Assembly (NCBI GenBank): GCA_963823665.1
Contig: CAWGMQ010000004.1
Span: forward strand, 1,440,001-1,504,000
DNA length: 64,000 bases
Source: an uncultured Planctomycetota bacterium
Lineage (GTDB): Bacteria > Planctomycetota > Planctomycetia > Isosphaerales > Isosphaeraceae
Direction of reading: 5' to 3'
Shown: one piece after another, positions 29,188 through 41,014 of the stretch
Numbering within the stretch: the stretch's first letter is position 1
How the letters are laid out: each line of letters opens with the position of its first letter
Translations under genes and position numbers: made by a program
The notes under the pieces: model-generated
The model's input: the letters and a program-made list of their open reading frames with translations, nothing else
Told to the model about the DNA's origin: nothing
Databases searched by the model: none

Positions 29188-30492
29188 TCATTTCCGCGGA
29201 TCACCCGGTTTATCATCGATGATGACGAGTCCGTTTTCACCACCGCGGTTCCTACTCCTGCGGATCGATAGCGCGATCCTGCGCCCATCGGTTTGCGGCG
29301 AGCCGGTAATCTCCGCCCCTGCCACCGGGCAGAATCGCCACCTTAACTGGCCGCTGTCGATGTTCAGGCAGTAGACGTAACCGTCGAACGATCCGAAATA
29401 CACGGCGTCTTCCGTGCACACGGGTGCCGAGTAGATCGCGGGACTTGCTTCAGACGCGGGTGTTTTATAACTCCAGATTTCCTTGCCAGTCTCGGCGTCC
29501 ACGCGGTAAATGCCGCCATCGCACGCCGCGCAAAAAACAGATCCGCGCTGGTAGGCCACGCCGGCCTCGATCCGGGCGTTGGTCGGAAAATTCCAGAGCA
29601 TTGTTTTGCGCGCCTTGTCCAGGCAATACAGGTGCTTGTCCTGGCTGCCGAAGAAGAGCTTGTCTTCGGAGAGCGCCGGCACGCCGTAGATCCAGCCATT
29701 CATCTCGAACGCCCAGCGCCGTCTGCCGGCCTTCAGATCGATCGCGAACAGCCGCGACTGGTCGAACACCGGCTGGTAAACGATGGTTCCATCGCTCGCC
29801 GCGGAGCGGGGCCGCGCCCGCACCCCACGCTTTGGCACGTCAGGGCGCAACTGGCCGCGCTCGTCGTCTGTCACCGAGTATTTCCAGACCACCTTGCCGT
29901 CGAAACTCAGGGCGGTGATCGCACCGCCGGTGTCCCCGACAATGATCCGATCGTTCACGATCAGAGGCGACGATTCGGTCGCGTCACCGCTGAGTCCAAT
30001 GTGCCAGAGCACCTTGCCGTCTGCTCGAGAGAGTGCCTTGAGGCCGTACCGGCAGGTGACGAAGATTGTATTGCCGCGCCGGGCGGGCGAACAGTAGACG
30101 AATCCGACGCCGGGGGCGCGCCATAAAACCGTGCCGTCTGCAATCTTGATCGCGTAGATTGTCTCCTTCCGGTCGCCCACGTAGATCATGCCGTCGGCAA
30201 CAAGCGCTTCGCCGGGGTCGCCGTCTGTCGGGACGAGTGATAGCAACCGGGGGTTTTCGAGCGCGATTCGCCCTGCGATCGATCCCGTCCTCTGCGGTCC
30301 GCCGCGAAAAAGCGTGACTTCCGGCAGCGCTACGGGCGGTGACGCTTGCGGTTCTGCCCCGGCGGCCGGATTCGGTCGAGATTCTTGCTTGCCGGCGGCG
30401 ACCTGCATTGTTTCCGACTCGGAGTCTCCACAAGACGCCCCTGCGCCCACGGCCGTGATGACGATCAAGAAGATTCGACTTGCGTGAATCAT
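29188..30492 (-). CDS. PQQ-like beta-propeller repeat lipoprotein (BamB-like)
   Basis: Lipobox GASC, FRGGPQRTG, repeated GSxDGxxYCLxxxSGxxxW motifs. Confidence 0.88.
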   Translation of the reverse strand: MIHASRIFLIVITAVGAGASCGDSESETMQVAAGKQESRPNPAAGAEPQASPPVALPEVTLFRGGPQRTGSIAGRIALENPRLLSLVPTDGDPGEALVADGMIYVGDRKETIYAIKIADGTVLWRAPGVGFVYCSPARRGNTIFVTCRYGLKALSRADGKVLWHIGLSGDATESSPLIVNDRIIVGDTGGAITALSFDGKVVWKYSVTDDERGQLRPDVPKRGVRARPRSAASDGTIVYQPVFDQSRLFAIDLKAGRRRWAFEMNGWIYGVPALSEDKLFFGSQDKHLYCLDKARKTMLWNFPTNARIEAGVAYQRGSVFCAACDGGIYRVDAETGKEIWSYKTPASEASPAIYSAPVCTEDAVYFGSFDGYVYCLNIDSGQLRWRFCPVAGAEITGSPQTDGRRIALSIRRSRNRGGENGLVIIDDKPGDPRK

Positions 30493-30817
30493 GACGACGT
30501 CTCGCCACACGCTAATCCCAGATGGCTCAACTTGGCGACCACTTACGCATTTCTTGTCTCAACGGCCCGCGGCGATCGCTCCATCATGGGCGCGCGAGGC
30601 GCCGAACGGTCAAGTCGCGGGTCTGCCTGCGGGAGCCAGAAATGGTCCGCAATCGAAGCACGCTGATCGCGAGCCAAGTCCTCGATCGAAACCGTGAAAG
30701 TCGATTCGCGTCATCGCGTGGCGAGAAACGGTTGAGCCGAGCGCGTCGCGGGGATAAAAAGGAATGGTCGTGCTGAGCGGTAGTTTCACCATCAACCTCG
30801 AACCGAAAGCTGCTGAG

Positions 30818-33393
30818 ATGCCGTCCACTGTTAACGGAGTCGGTACCCACTATTACGGCAAGAAGAACGTCACCGTGCGAACCGCCGCTTGCAAGTCGTG
30901 CGGGCGCGTGGTGAACCTGACGTCATACGATACGCGGCTCTGGTTCGTGGTCGTTTTCATTCCGATCATTCCTCTGGGCCGAAAGCGAATCATCGACCAG
31001 TGCCCGTCGTGCACGCGGCACTATGTGCTCAAGGCCGATGTTTACGAACAGACCAAGCAACTTCAAACCTCGGCGAGCCTCGAACGATTTCGCCGCGAGC
31101 CTTCGGGCGATGCGGCCGTCCAGGCCCACGGTCAGCTCCTGGCATTTCACGAACATGAACAGGCTGCCGAATTCCGCCAGACGGCGCTTGGCCGTTTTCC
31201 GAACCACGCCGGCCTGCGCGCGGAATGGCATCCCAGCTCCGCGATATGTCCTCCTTTGCCGAGTCGGCCAAGCTCTTCCAGGAATCGTTCAACCTCGACC
31301 CGACGCTGCCGGAAGCCCGCGTCGGTGTGGCCCAGCAGAAGATGGGGGCAGGCAACCTCGAGGAAGCAGAAAAGCTCCTCGATTTTCTCATGGAGCCCGG
31401 CGCAGGACAGCGATACTCGCTCGACCCGCTGGATTCACTGGCGGGGTACTTCCAGCAGGCGGGACGGCACGCCGAGGCGATGAAGATCGCCGACGTTCTC
31501 TTGCGTGAGATTCCCAGTCTCAAGGACCACCACGCGTTTCGGAAGTTCGTGAAGCAGTCGGAGAAGGCGCTTCACCAGTCCGAGTCGATGCTGCCGAAGC
31601 GAGGGTTTTCCCTGGCCGGTTTGTTTCGTTCCGAAGGATCTCCCTATGCCCCCTGGCAGCGGAAGGTGGCGATCGGCAGTGTTGCTGCTTTCCTGGTCGT
31701 CGGTGGGCTCGCTGTGAATAACGAATACATCAAGCGCCACCGCACGCTGCATGTCTTGAACGCGACGGGCCAGCCGGCGCAGGTTCAAGTGGACGACGCG
31801 CCCGCAGTTTCGGTAGGGGGCATGGGACGGCTGACGGTTGCCGAAGGGCCCCACGTCGTCAAGGTCTCCGGGCCGGTGCAAGAGACGCAGAACATCGCGC
31901 TAAACAGCGGGTACTTCGAGCGCTGGTTCAGCAAACCCGTCTGGATCCTCAACCCGGGCGGCGAGGCGGTGATCGAGGAGAGTACTCACGTGTACTCCGC
32001 GGCTGGCATTCCGGGCTCGCGCCGGCTTCTCGTCGATGAGCCATTCGTGCACCGCGCGAATGTCGATTACATTTTCACCGCCGCACCCGATAAGCTGAAC
32101 GTTGATCGAAAGGACCAGCAAGTCACCAAGATCGAGATCGGTTGGGTTCAGGGGCAGGATCAGAACGCATTCCTCGAGCTCGTTGCGACCAACCCCAAGG
32201 GCGCGATGGATTTCGCCGAGAAACGACTGAAGCGCAGCCCGAATCAGTCACTTCTTCTCGACTATTACGTCTCCAGCACCACCGAGGACAGGCGGAGCCA
32301 CGTGGAGGAGTTTCTCAAGTCGGGGTTGGACCGGCGGCCGGTCGACATTCCGTGGCACCGGTGTTACCAGCAGTTTGCCGAAATGAACAATCACGAGGGT
32401 GGCCTCGTGGCGCTTTACGACAAGTATCTCGCGGCCGAGCCTTCGAGCGGCGCGCTCGTTTACCTCCGTGGCCGGATCGATCCCGACTGGGACAAGCAAG
32501 AGTCGTTCTACCGGCAGGCGATCGCCGCCGACCCCAGGCTCGGCTGGCCCTGGTTGGGTATTGCTGCGAAGGCGAACGCTCGAGGACAGTGGGACGAGTC
32601 TCTCAAGGCTGCTCTCAAGGCGCGCGAGCTGAACGTCAGCGAGACGGAAATGCTTGGTAATTTGATCCACGAAGCCAGGATGGCCAAAGGCCAGGCGGGC
32701 GAGCTCGTGCCGCAATATCGCGCCGCATTGATGACCAGCGTGCAGGACATCTCGCCATTATTCTTGCTGATGGACGCTCTGGCGGCCTCGGGGAAGGCAA
32801 ACGAGATTGATGGGGCGATCAATTCCTGGACCATGCGGGTGCCAGCGTCTGCACAAGGGCAGATCGCTCTGTTCTTGAAAGCGCTCGGGCTCTACTACGC
32901 GGGAAACCTCAAGGAATGCGCGGCATACTGCGACACGAACATTCAGATAAAGCCTTCACCGGTGCACCTCCACGCTCTGCTCGCTCTGGGCCGGATGAAG
33001 GAGGCAACGGACGAGGTGGCGTTCAAAGCGGCGTGGCCAGACCCATTCAACATCCTGGCTGTGAGCGTCGCCTTTGCGCTCGAAGGCCAGCGCGACGAGT
33101 CGGCCCACTGGCGTGAAAAGGCTGTCGACGCGCTCAAGAAGTCAGGGGGTAAGACCGACGTGGGCAAAGCTGCGGAGCTCCTGACGGCTGCCAAGCCTCC
33201 GTCGATCGAGGAAGCTCGCCGCTACTTCGTTCCGGGGCCGAATAAGGCCCTCATCCTGGCTGCGCTCGCCGATTTGTTCCCCGCGAAACGAGAGATGTAC
33301 CTTGGCGAAGCCGCACGCTTCAACGTTTCCCGCAAGCCTTCGTATTACCTGATCGAGCGCGCCACCAAGAAGAACAAACCCGTCCAGCCATGA
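30818..33393 (+). CDS. Membrane protein with N-terminal zinc ribbon and TPR-like repeats; indel at about 31220
   Basis: CKSC...WFVVVFIPIIPLG...CPSC zinc ribbon, helical TPR-like segments and a central TM helix. Confidence 0.75.
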
Positions 33394-35336
33394 AGAGAGC
33401 CGCTTTCGACGCACTGGTTTCCCGGATCGAGAAGAGTTACGCCGGCAGGCAGGCGGCACTGGAACGGGCAACTTCGCGCTGGATCGCGCTGGGGCTCGCC
33501 GCCTTGCTGTCGTGGCTGGTTTTCCTCACGAGTGTCGGGCTCTTGTTCTTTGTCCTCGGGGCGATTACCGAGCCGCCGCTGGGCATCGTGCTCATCTGCA
33601 TCGGCGTGCCCGTCGCGCTCTACGGAGCGCTCCAGGCGTATTACCTCATGCACGACGAGCTTACCCCGCCCGAGGGGCATCTGGTTGGCCCGGGCGAGGC
33701 ACCAGCGCCTCCGGTCGCTGCTGGAAGGCTTACGCCGGGACTTGCAATGCCGGTCGTTCGACCAGGTGCGCATCACGCTCAACTTGAATGCATCGGTGCG
33801 CGAGCTGCCCCGTCTGGGTCTTCTGGGCTGGCCGCGTACGATCCTGGAGATAGGCCTTCCGCTGGCGGAGGCCATGTCGCCGGAAGAGCTCAAAGTGATT
33901 CTGGCGCATGAATTTGTACACCTTTCCGGGCGACATGGCCGGAGCTGTGGCCGGATCTATCGGCTCAACCGCAGTTGGGGCAATCTGTTCGAGCGCATGC
34001 AGCGCCCGGCGGCAGATAGCTTCACTCGCATGTCTCGCTCGGCGATCAGGCGGTTCGTGGACTGGTACTGGCCGAGGCTGCATGCGCGGCGCTTGTGCTC
34101 TCGCGCGCCCACGAGCTGCAGGCCGACCGCGATGCGGCACGCATCGCGGGAGCAGCCGCAATGGCCAGCTCGCTCTGGCGGCTCGAAGGGCTCAACCCCT
34201 GGCTCTCCGAGCGCTTCTGGCCCGAGCTGCTTGCCCAGGCCGCCGTTTGGCCGGAGCCGCCCTGCGATATCGGGAACCGGCTGACGGCAGCGATCCGTAC
34301 TCCGCCGGAGCCGGAGGTCGCCGCAGTGTGGACCGAGCGCGGCTTGATTCGCGCGACGCTGCACGACGAGACACATCCCGCTCTTCTCGACCGGGTGCGC
34401 CCGCTCGGCGTGACGGCGGATGATCTTCGGAGAATCGGCTTCCCAGTCGCGCCGCGGCCGTCCGCTGCGGAAGCCCTGCTCGGCGACCTTGTCCCGACGA
34501 TCGAGCGCGAGCTCTCCGAGAAATGGCACAAGGATAATGTCGGCTCCTGGCGCGACCGTCATCGCCGGGCGCTCGCCGAAGCCCGGCGCAATGCGGTGCC
34601 CTCCGACGCGGAAGCGACGAGCGCCGCTGCCAGTGCCGATGTTCATTCACTCTGGGAAAGCGCGAGAGAGACGGTCAACCTGCAGGGCCCGGTACCGGCG
34701 GTGCCACTACTCAAACGCGTTCTCGAGCGCGACCCGAACCACGACGGTGCCGCCGTGATCCTCGGCCGGCATCTCGCGGTCGTGGGCGATCCGCAAGGTG
34801 AGGCACTCTTGACCGGCGTGGTCGCGCGGAACGACGAGGTATGGCTGCCGCGCGCCTGCGAAGCGCTGCAGGAAGTCTACCGCGCCAGCGGCCGGATGGA
34901 ATTACTCCGCCAGATCCACGATCGGCTCGACCGCCATGAGTCCGACCTGCGCGCCGCCGGGCTCGAGCGCTCGAAAATCACCGCGGGTGACACATTCGTT
35001 CCACATGACCTATCCGAATCGCAGCTTGCGGGACTGCGAGAAGTGCTGAGCTCGGTTTCAGCCCTGGGCGCGGCCTGGCTGATCCGAAAGACCGTCCGGT
35101 ACTTTCCAAATCGACCGCTATTCGTGCTGTGTGTTCGCGGACCGGCCACCACCTGGTGGTCCGTCAACTCCGAGAAGGAGCAAGCGATCGTGCGCCAACT
35201 CGTGCGGAAAGTCGAGCTTCCCGGGCAGGTGCTGGTGATCGCGCGAGCAGGCTCCTTCCGCAGCCTGGCCCGAAAGTGCATGAAGTTCCCGGGCAGCGAG
35301 GTGTTCCGTCGCGGCGAGACCACGGGCTCCGAATAA
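33390..35336 (+). CDS. M48 (HtpX/Ste24-like) membrane metalloprotease with C-terminal extension; indels at about 33705 and 34090
   Basis: Two N-terminal TM helices, LNASV, ILAHEFVHL, SRAHELQADR, THPALLDRV. Confidence 0.88.
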
Positions 35337-35387
35337 GGGTGGGCTTCTCGATTCCTGGTAAGGTTCCATGGTCAGGAAACTTCGCTC

Positions 35388-36506
35388 TCAGCGTGATTGC
35401 AGCGCACCGCGGCCGATGGCGCTTGGATCTCTGGCAACCTTCTCTGCAAAGACCCGCAGGTCTGCGAGCACGGCCCGAAGCTGGGCGAGGGTCTGGCTCG
35501 CCGAGAGGGCAACGTTGTTGAGATTGTCATGGAGCTCAGCCTGGGTGAGCAGCTTCTGAAGCGTGCCGTCGGGATTCAGACCGCCCCGTCCATCGCGCAA
35601 CTTGCTGGTCAGGAGCTCGAGATCGGCCGCGAGGACGTTGATCCGGCGCACCGCCTGGCCGATGTCGGTTGACGGCGCGTGGTTGACCGGCGCTCCCAGG
35701 TCTTTGAGCACGGGGTCGAGCTGGGCGAGCCCCGCGTCGAGCCGATTCGCCGCCGAAGAAAAGCGGTCGAGGCCGGCCTTGAGAGCAGCCTGCGTGTCCG
35801 GGTCGAAAGTCTTGTTGAGCTTGGCGGCGACCTCGCGAAGGTCGGAAATCGCGGGCTTCAAGTTGGCTTCGTTGGCGCGCACCACGTCGTTGATCCCTTT
35901 CGCGGCCTGCGAGACATTCTGGCCCGCATCGGTGACCGAGGCGAGGAAGCCATCGATCTTCTGGGCACTGTCGGAGAGCTTCGCGATTCCGACGGCGGCT
36001 TTGTTGATGGAACTCAGGGTCTCGCCGGCACTATCGAAAGCCTTGGTTGCCGACTCGAGCGCCTTGGCCGGGTCAGGCGCGACCACGCCTTCGATGATCT
36101 TCCCGGTTTCGCGCGGCGACTTGTTCGTCTGCAGGAGCGCCGGGCCCTTTCCGGGCAGCATGTCGATTGTGACGTCTCCGATCAAAGAGCGCGTCAGCCG
36201 CGGGACTGCACCCTCGTGGAGCTTAAATTTTCGCTCAATTGCGAGTGTGACGATCACACCGTCGGGCGGGTCGGAACTGTCGTCAAACGCAATCGCAAAG
36301 ACCTCGCCGATCCGGATACCGCTCTTGCGAACGGCGACGCCCTCGAGGACACCGGGTGCTTCGGGATAGTGCACTTTGAGATAGACCTGATCGCGCAAGA
36401 TTCCCGGCGACTCGCCGAACCAGATGATCATCATGGTGAGCACCAGTCCCGCCACGATGACGAACATTCCGAGCCGGAACTGCATGAGTCGTTCGTTCAT
36501 GATCAC
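35388..36506 (-). CDS. mlaD: MlaD/MCE family protein
   Basis: N-terminal TM, GVAVRKSGIRIGEV, SLIGDVTID, long helical tail. Confidence 0.88.
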   Translation of the reverse strand: MIMNERLMQFRLGMFVIVAGLVLTMMIIWFGESPGILRDQVYLKVHYPEAPGVLEGVAVRKSGIRIGEVFAIAFDDSSDPPDGVIVTLAIERKFKLHEGAVPRLTRSLIGDVTIDMLPGKGPALLQTNKSPRETGKIIEGVVAPDPAKALESATKAFDSAGETLSSINKAAVGIAKLSDSAQKIDGFLASVTDAGQNVSQAAKGINDVVRANEANLKPAISDLREVAAKLNKTFDPDTQAALKAGLDRFSSAANRLDAGLAQLDPVLKDLGAPVNHAPSTDIGQAVRRINVLAADLELLTSKLRDGRGGLNPDGTLQKLLTQAELHDNLNNVALSASQTLAQLRAVLADLRVFAEKVARDPSAIGRGALQSR

Positions 36507-36527
36507 CCTCGTTATTGCGTGCCGGCC

Positions 36528-37394
36528 TTAGCGGGATGCCTGCACCCGCCTCCCGGAGGAACTCGCGGTGCGGTGGAGCGCCATCTCGCGCAGGCGTTCG
36601 CCGGCCTCTCCGCGCACGAACTGTCCGACCCGAGGATCGGGGGAGTTTTCGATCTCATTCGGTGGGCCGTCGTACAGGATCTGCGGCTCGTCGGGCCCCA
36701 GGCGCGCAAGCGGATAGAGCATCACCACACGGTCAGCCACTTTGGCGACCGTCTTCATATCGTGGGTGACGACGACGCCGGTTGTCTTCATGGAACGCTG
36801 GGTCTGGAGGATGAGCGCGTTGATCACGTCACTCATGATCGGGTCAAGACCGGTTGTCGGCTCGTCATAGAGCATCACTTCCGGTCCGATTGCCAGGGCC
36901 CGTGCCAGGCCCACTCGCTTACGCTGACCTCCGGAGAGCTCGGCCGGCTTCCTGGTCTCGATTTCCGTGGGCAGGCCCACTTCGTGCAGCCGCTGCAAGA
37001 CGATCTGCCGCGCCTGCGCCTCGTCGCAAATGCGATGCTCGCGCAGGCCGAACGCTACATTGTCGAAGACGGAAAGGCTGTCGAAGAGCGCGGCCATCTG
37101 GAAGAGAAACCCAAACCGCAGCCGCATCTTCACGAGCTGCCTGCCATCGAGAGTCGCGATGTCGACGCCGTCAAAAAACACCTTGCCGGAAGTCGGCCGC
37201 AAGAGCCCGATGATCAGCTTGAGCATGACCGTCTTGCCGCAGCCGCTCTCGCCGATGATGCATACCGTCTGCCCCCGCTGGATCGTCAGGTTGATGTTGC
37301 GCAACACCGAATCGTAGCGGAAGCGGATGCTGACGTCGCGGAGCTCGATCAAGGCCGCCTGAGCGCCTTCGGGGGCCGGTGCTTCTTGACTCAT
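36528..37394 (-). CDS. mlaF: MlaF/Mkl-type ABC ATPase
   Basis: GESGCGKT, FQMAALFDSL, LSGGQRKRVGLARA, LYDEPTTGLDPI, VVTHD. Confidence 0.92.
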   Translation of the reverse strand: MSQEAPAPEGAQAALIELRDVSIRFRYDSVLRNINLTIQRGQTVCIIGESGCGKTVMLKLIIGLLRPTSGKVFFDGVDIATLDGRQLVKMRLRFGFLFQMAALFDSLSVFDNVAFGLREHRICDEAQARQIVLQRLHEVGLPTEIETRKPAELSGGQRKRVGLARALAIGPEVMLYDEPTTGLDPIMSDVINALILQTQRSMKTTGVVVTHDMKTVAKVADRVVMLYPLARLGPDEPQILYDGPPNEIENSPDPRVGQFVRGEAGERLREMALHRTASSSGRRVQASR

Positions 37395-38254
37395 AGCAAG
37401 CCTTCCGACTGGGGCCACAGCGAGCGGTACAGATTGTTCCAGCCGAGACCGAGCACGAAGTCGAGGAACAGGATCACGATGAACGAGTAGACGAAGGCCT
37501 CGGTCGCAGCGCGGCCGACGCCTTCTGCGCCGGCACGGGCGTTGAAGCCGCGATGGCAACTGATCAAGGCGATCGCGGCGCCGAAGAAATAACTCTTGAA
37601 TACGCCGGCGAAGATGTCGAGGCTGTCGAGGAAGTCGCGTGTGTGCTTCCAGTAGGCGAACGAGTCTATCTTGAGAATTTGCGTGCTCACCACCGCTCCG
37701 CCGATGACCCCCATGAAGTCGCCCATCAAGGTCAGCAGGGGAATCAGCAAGACGCAGGCCAGAAAACGCGGAACGACGAGGTAATAAATTGGGTTGGTGC
37801 CCAGCCCCGACAGCGCGTCAATCTGCTCAGTCACTCGCATCGTGCCCAGCTCGGCGGCCATCGACGAACCAACCCGTCCGGCGAGCATCGTCGCCGCCAG
37901 CACCGGCCCGAGCTCCCGCACAATCGAGATATTGATCACCGAGCCCAGCCTGGTCGCCAGCCCCATCATCGCGAATTGGTGATAGGCCTGCACCGCCAGC
38001 ACCATTCCAATGAACGTTCCCGTGATCGCGACCACCGAGACGCTCTTGACGCCAATGGCATAAAAGATCGGAACCAGGACCGACCAGCGGGCGCGGCGAC
38101 GCACGATCCACATGAGCGTGCTGGCCGCAAAGGTCGCGACGTCGCCGATGTCGGCGATCACATCGAAGACATTCTCGCCCAGCCGGTGCACCGGGGTCGC
38201 CCCGGCATCAGGCGCAGACGGTCGAGCAGCCGATGAACCAACCGCCATCGCCAC
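37391..38254 (-). CDS. mlaE: MlaE-type ABC permease
   Basis: RELGPVLAATMLAGRVGSSMAAELGTMRVTEQIDAL, GAEGVGRAAT. Confidence 0.95.
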   Translation of the reverse strand: MAMAVGSSAARPSAPDAGATPVHRLGENVFDVIADIGDVATFAASTLMWIVRRRARWSVLVPIFYAIGVKSVSVVAITGTFIGMVLAVQAYHQFAMMGLATRLGSVINISIVRELGPVLAATMLAGRVGSSMAAELGTMRVTEQIDALSGLGTNPIYYLVVPRFLACVLLIPLLTLMGDFMGVIGGAVVSTQILKIDSFAYWKHTRDFLDSLDIFAGVFKSYFFGAAIALISCHRGFNARAGAEGVGRAATEAFVYSFIVILFLDFVLGLGWNNLYRSLWPQSEGLL

Positions 38255-38566
38255 GTCACTCCTTCACGACTGCACGAAAGGGGGCGGTCAGACATGCTCC
38301 CCCGCCTCACTGTGAGCACGGACCAAACCGATGGCATCGTCTCGGCGCCCGTTGCGACCGGGACCATTCTGGACCCGATCACCAAAATTGACAAGATCGA
38401 CCGCCCTTTCGGTCGTGACCACTCCCTTCCGATCGAATCACACGTGATGTAAGATCGTTTGTGGGTCTCAATTCGATCGGCGACATCCTAAAATCCCGGT
38501 TTTTCCCAGAATACCCAGTCTGATTCCCTTCCACTTATTCGGCCTAACGATGGAGGTCTGAGGACG

Positions 38567-38782
38567 ATGCGAGTTGGGCGAATTTTCGCGGTCGCGGCCA
38601 TGCTCGGCTCATTCACATTTGGAACGGGAATGCTCATCTCGGCTGGGGGTTGTTCCGGCGCGGGCGATTCCGGCGGGCAGGCGAGCATGGACCCCGAGGC
38701 TCAGAAGGTCGCGCAAGACAAGATGAAGGAATACCTGGCGAAAAAACCACCCCTTGTGAAGGGCCCGCAAGGGAAGAAGTAG
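38567..38782 (+). CDS. Small lipoprotein adjacent to the DUF1559 gene
   Basis: Signal peptide ending AGG-C, short polar tail, GAGG SD. Confidence 0.7.
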   Translation: MRVGRIFAVAAMLGSFTFGTGMLISAGGCSGAGDSGGQASMDPEAQKVAQDKMKEYLAKKPPLVKGPQGKK

Positions 38783-38844
38783 CGCGCCGAGGCTTGGCTT
38801 GCGAGCAGTTCGATCCACGTTTTCATTGATTGGGGGCTTTGGTC

Positions 38845-39867
38845 ATGAATCCCCGGGCTCACCGTGGGTTTACACTCATCGAGCTTCTGGTTGTCATCGC
38901 CATCATCGCGGTGCTGATCGCCTTGCTGCTGCCGGCCGTTCAAGCGGCGCGCGAAGCTGCCAGACGCGGGCAGTGCATCAATAATCTCAAGCAGATCGGC
39001 ATAGCGCTCTCCAACTACCACACGGCGTTCGACCGGTTTCCGATGGGCACCACGATTGCCTATTCCGATCCCGGCGTTCAGACTAACTGGGGCACGTGGA
39101 GCTGCCATGCGCTACTTCTCCCGTATCTTGACAATCAACCGCTCTGGGCCGCAGCCAATTTTAGCTGGAACTGCTGGTATGACGTCGGCTACGACGTGAA
39201 TTCCACGGTGTTCAACACGCGGCTGGCGTTTTTTGTCTGCCCGTCCGACGGCAAGTCCGGACCGGCCAACACCAACAATTACATGGGATCGATGGGCACG
39301 GCGACGAACCCGTGGACGTTGCTCGGCAACGGTATATTCTCGAATCAGACCTGCTCGTCTTATTCAAACCTGAGAGACGGCTCCACGACCACGATCGCTT
39401 TCTCCGAGGCGCTGGTCTCCGATGCGCTCCATAGCGTCGCCTACCGCGATGGCGTTGCCACAGGTGTGGGCTCGGCCGGGTCAGGTGACTCAGCCGGCGC
39501 CAATGTACCCGGGGTCATGGCCGACCTTCAAACCTGCACCCAGTTGTGGCAGTCCAAGGAAGCGATTCCAGCAAGCGAGGACAAGGGCTACCGCTGGGCC
39601 GCCGGCTCGCCGGGCGTGACCCTCTTCAACACGATCGTTCCGCCCAACTCGCAGCAGTACCAGTGGGCCGGCTGCCGGATGGACTGCGCCGGGTGCGGGT
39701 TCGACTTCGGCCAATATGAGAACGCCACCAGCAACCACTCTGGCGGTGTGAACGTCTTGATGTGCGACGGCAGCGTGCAGTGGGTCAAGAGCTCGGTGGC
39801 GATGAACGTCTGGTGGGCGCTGGGAACCACCGCGGCCTCGGACATCGTTCTCAAAGACAGCTATTGA
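38845..39867 (+). CDS. DUF1559 prepilin-type N-terminal cleavage / H-X9-DG domain protein
   Basis: [34 protein letters not shown]...[10 protein letters not shown]-terminal [14 protein letters not shown]. Confidence 0.97.
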   Translation: MNPRAHRGFTLIELLVVIAIIAVLIALLLPAVQAAREAARRGQCINNLKQIGIALSNYHTAFDRFPMGTTIAYSDPGVQTNWGTWSCHALLLPYLDNQPLWAAANFSWNCWYDVGYDVNSTVFNTRLAFFVCPSDGKSGPANTNNYMGSMGTATNPWTLLGNGIFSNQTCSSYSNLRDGSTTTIAFSEALVSDALHSVAYRDGVATGVGSAGSGDSAGANVPGVMADLQTCTQLWQSKEAIPASEDKGYRWAAGSPGVTLFNTIVPPNSQQYQWAGCRMDCAGCGFDFGQYENATSNHSGGVNVLMCDGSVQWVKSSVAMNVWWALGTTAASDIVLKDSY

Positions 39868-39870
39868 TAC

Positions 39871-41001
39871 TCAGAGGCCGATTTCGTCGAGGCGCTGCGT
39901 GAGCATGGCCTCGATCATCTGGCACGTGCGGCGGTAGGTCTCAAAGTCGCAGCCGACGGGGTCCGCGAGGTCGCCGCCTGAAGGGTCGAGCAGGAACACA
40001 CGCGACTCGACTTCGGGCACCGAACGAAGCAAGTCGTCCAGGTGGTCGATTGTCATGGCAAAGATGTAGTCGGCCTGGCGTGCGAGCCTCGAGTCGATTC
40101 GGCGGCTGCGATGGTTCTCGAGCGATCCGCCGAGCGCCCGCACCACCTCGACGGCGTGAGCGGCAGCCGGGTGACCGTCGTACGCAGCGACACCCGACGA
40201 GCACACGACGAAGCCGCGTTTTTCCAGCTCATCCACCGTGCAGTTGAACCGCCGTGCCAGCAGAATCTTGCAGATGGCTTCGGCCATCGGGCTCCGGCAG
40301 GTATTGCCGGTGCAGATAAACATGATGATGAGGCTCGCGCTTTCGACCAGACTCGCGGAATCGACCACACCCTCGCGCTCGACGGCCCAGTTTTCCCCTT
40401 CAATCCTGACGACGGTCGCGAACTGTTGAAACTGGGTCGGGCCCGAGTCAATCACCATATCAAGACCCGAGACTGCGCGGAGGGATTCTGCCGTCGCGGG
40501 GATCGATCCCTCGGGATCGGTTACCATCGCGATGACCAGCGGGGCCGGCAGGAGACGCAGCACGTCCCGAACGATCGTCTGCGACGGACTGCGCAACGCA
40601 ACATCGCCGGCGGGTGAGACCAGCGGTTTGACTTCGCTCGGGAGACGCTCGTAGAGACCGGTGGTCCCGTTACCGGGAAAAACGAGTGTGACGGGCCCAG
40701 GCCAGAGGCGCCAGGCCATCCGCCGGCCGACTTCCGAAACGCCCGGAACCCAGTCGGTCACCTCTTCCGGGCCTTTGAGCAGCAGCGTGAGCGGCCGCGC
40801 GCCGGGAGCGTCGCGGATTGCCCGCACGCGGGCGACGGCGTCAGGCCGCAGCGCGCATGCGACAAGCGAGTAGACGGTCTCCGTCGCCAGACCGACGACT
40901 CCCCCTTGCGCCAGGCACGCGACTGCGCGATGCACGACGTCTCGAACGTCATCGACGCGAGAGACGTCGATCCACTGCGGAGAAACTTGCGCGTCGGGCA
41001 T
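39871..41001 (-). CDS. Fusion of a YrdC/Sua5-like domain and a low-molecular-weight (YwlE-like) protein phosphatase
   Basis: GVVGLATETVY, LWPGPVTLV, then FICTGNTCRSPMAE and DLADPVG. Confidence 0.9.
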   Translation of the reverse strand: MPDAQVSPQWIDVSRVDDVRDVVHRAVACLAQGGVVGLATETVYSLVACALRPDAVARVRAIRDAPGARPLTLLLKGPEEVTDWVPGVSEVGRRMAWRLWPGPVTLVFPGNGTTGLYERLPSEVKPLVSPAGDVALRSPSQTIVRDVLRLLPAPLVIAMVTDPEGSIPATAESLRAVSGLDMVIDSGPTQFQQFATVVRIEGENWAVEREGVVDSASLVESASLIIMFICTGNTCRSPMAEAICKILLARRFNCTVDELEKRGFVVCSSGVAAYDGHPAAAHAVEVVRALGGSLENHRSRRIDSRLARQADYIFAMTIDHLDDLLRSVPEVESRVFLLDPSGGDLADPVGCDFETYRRTCQMIEAMLTQRLDEIGL

Positions 41002-41014
41002 CGCAACTCGTCGA

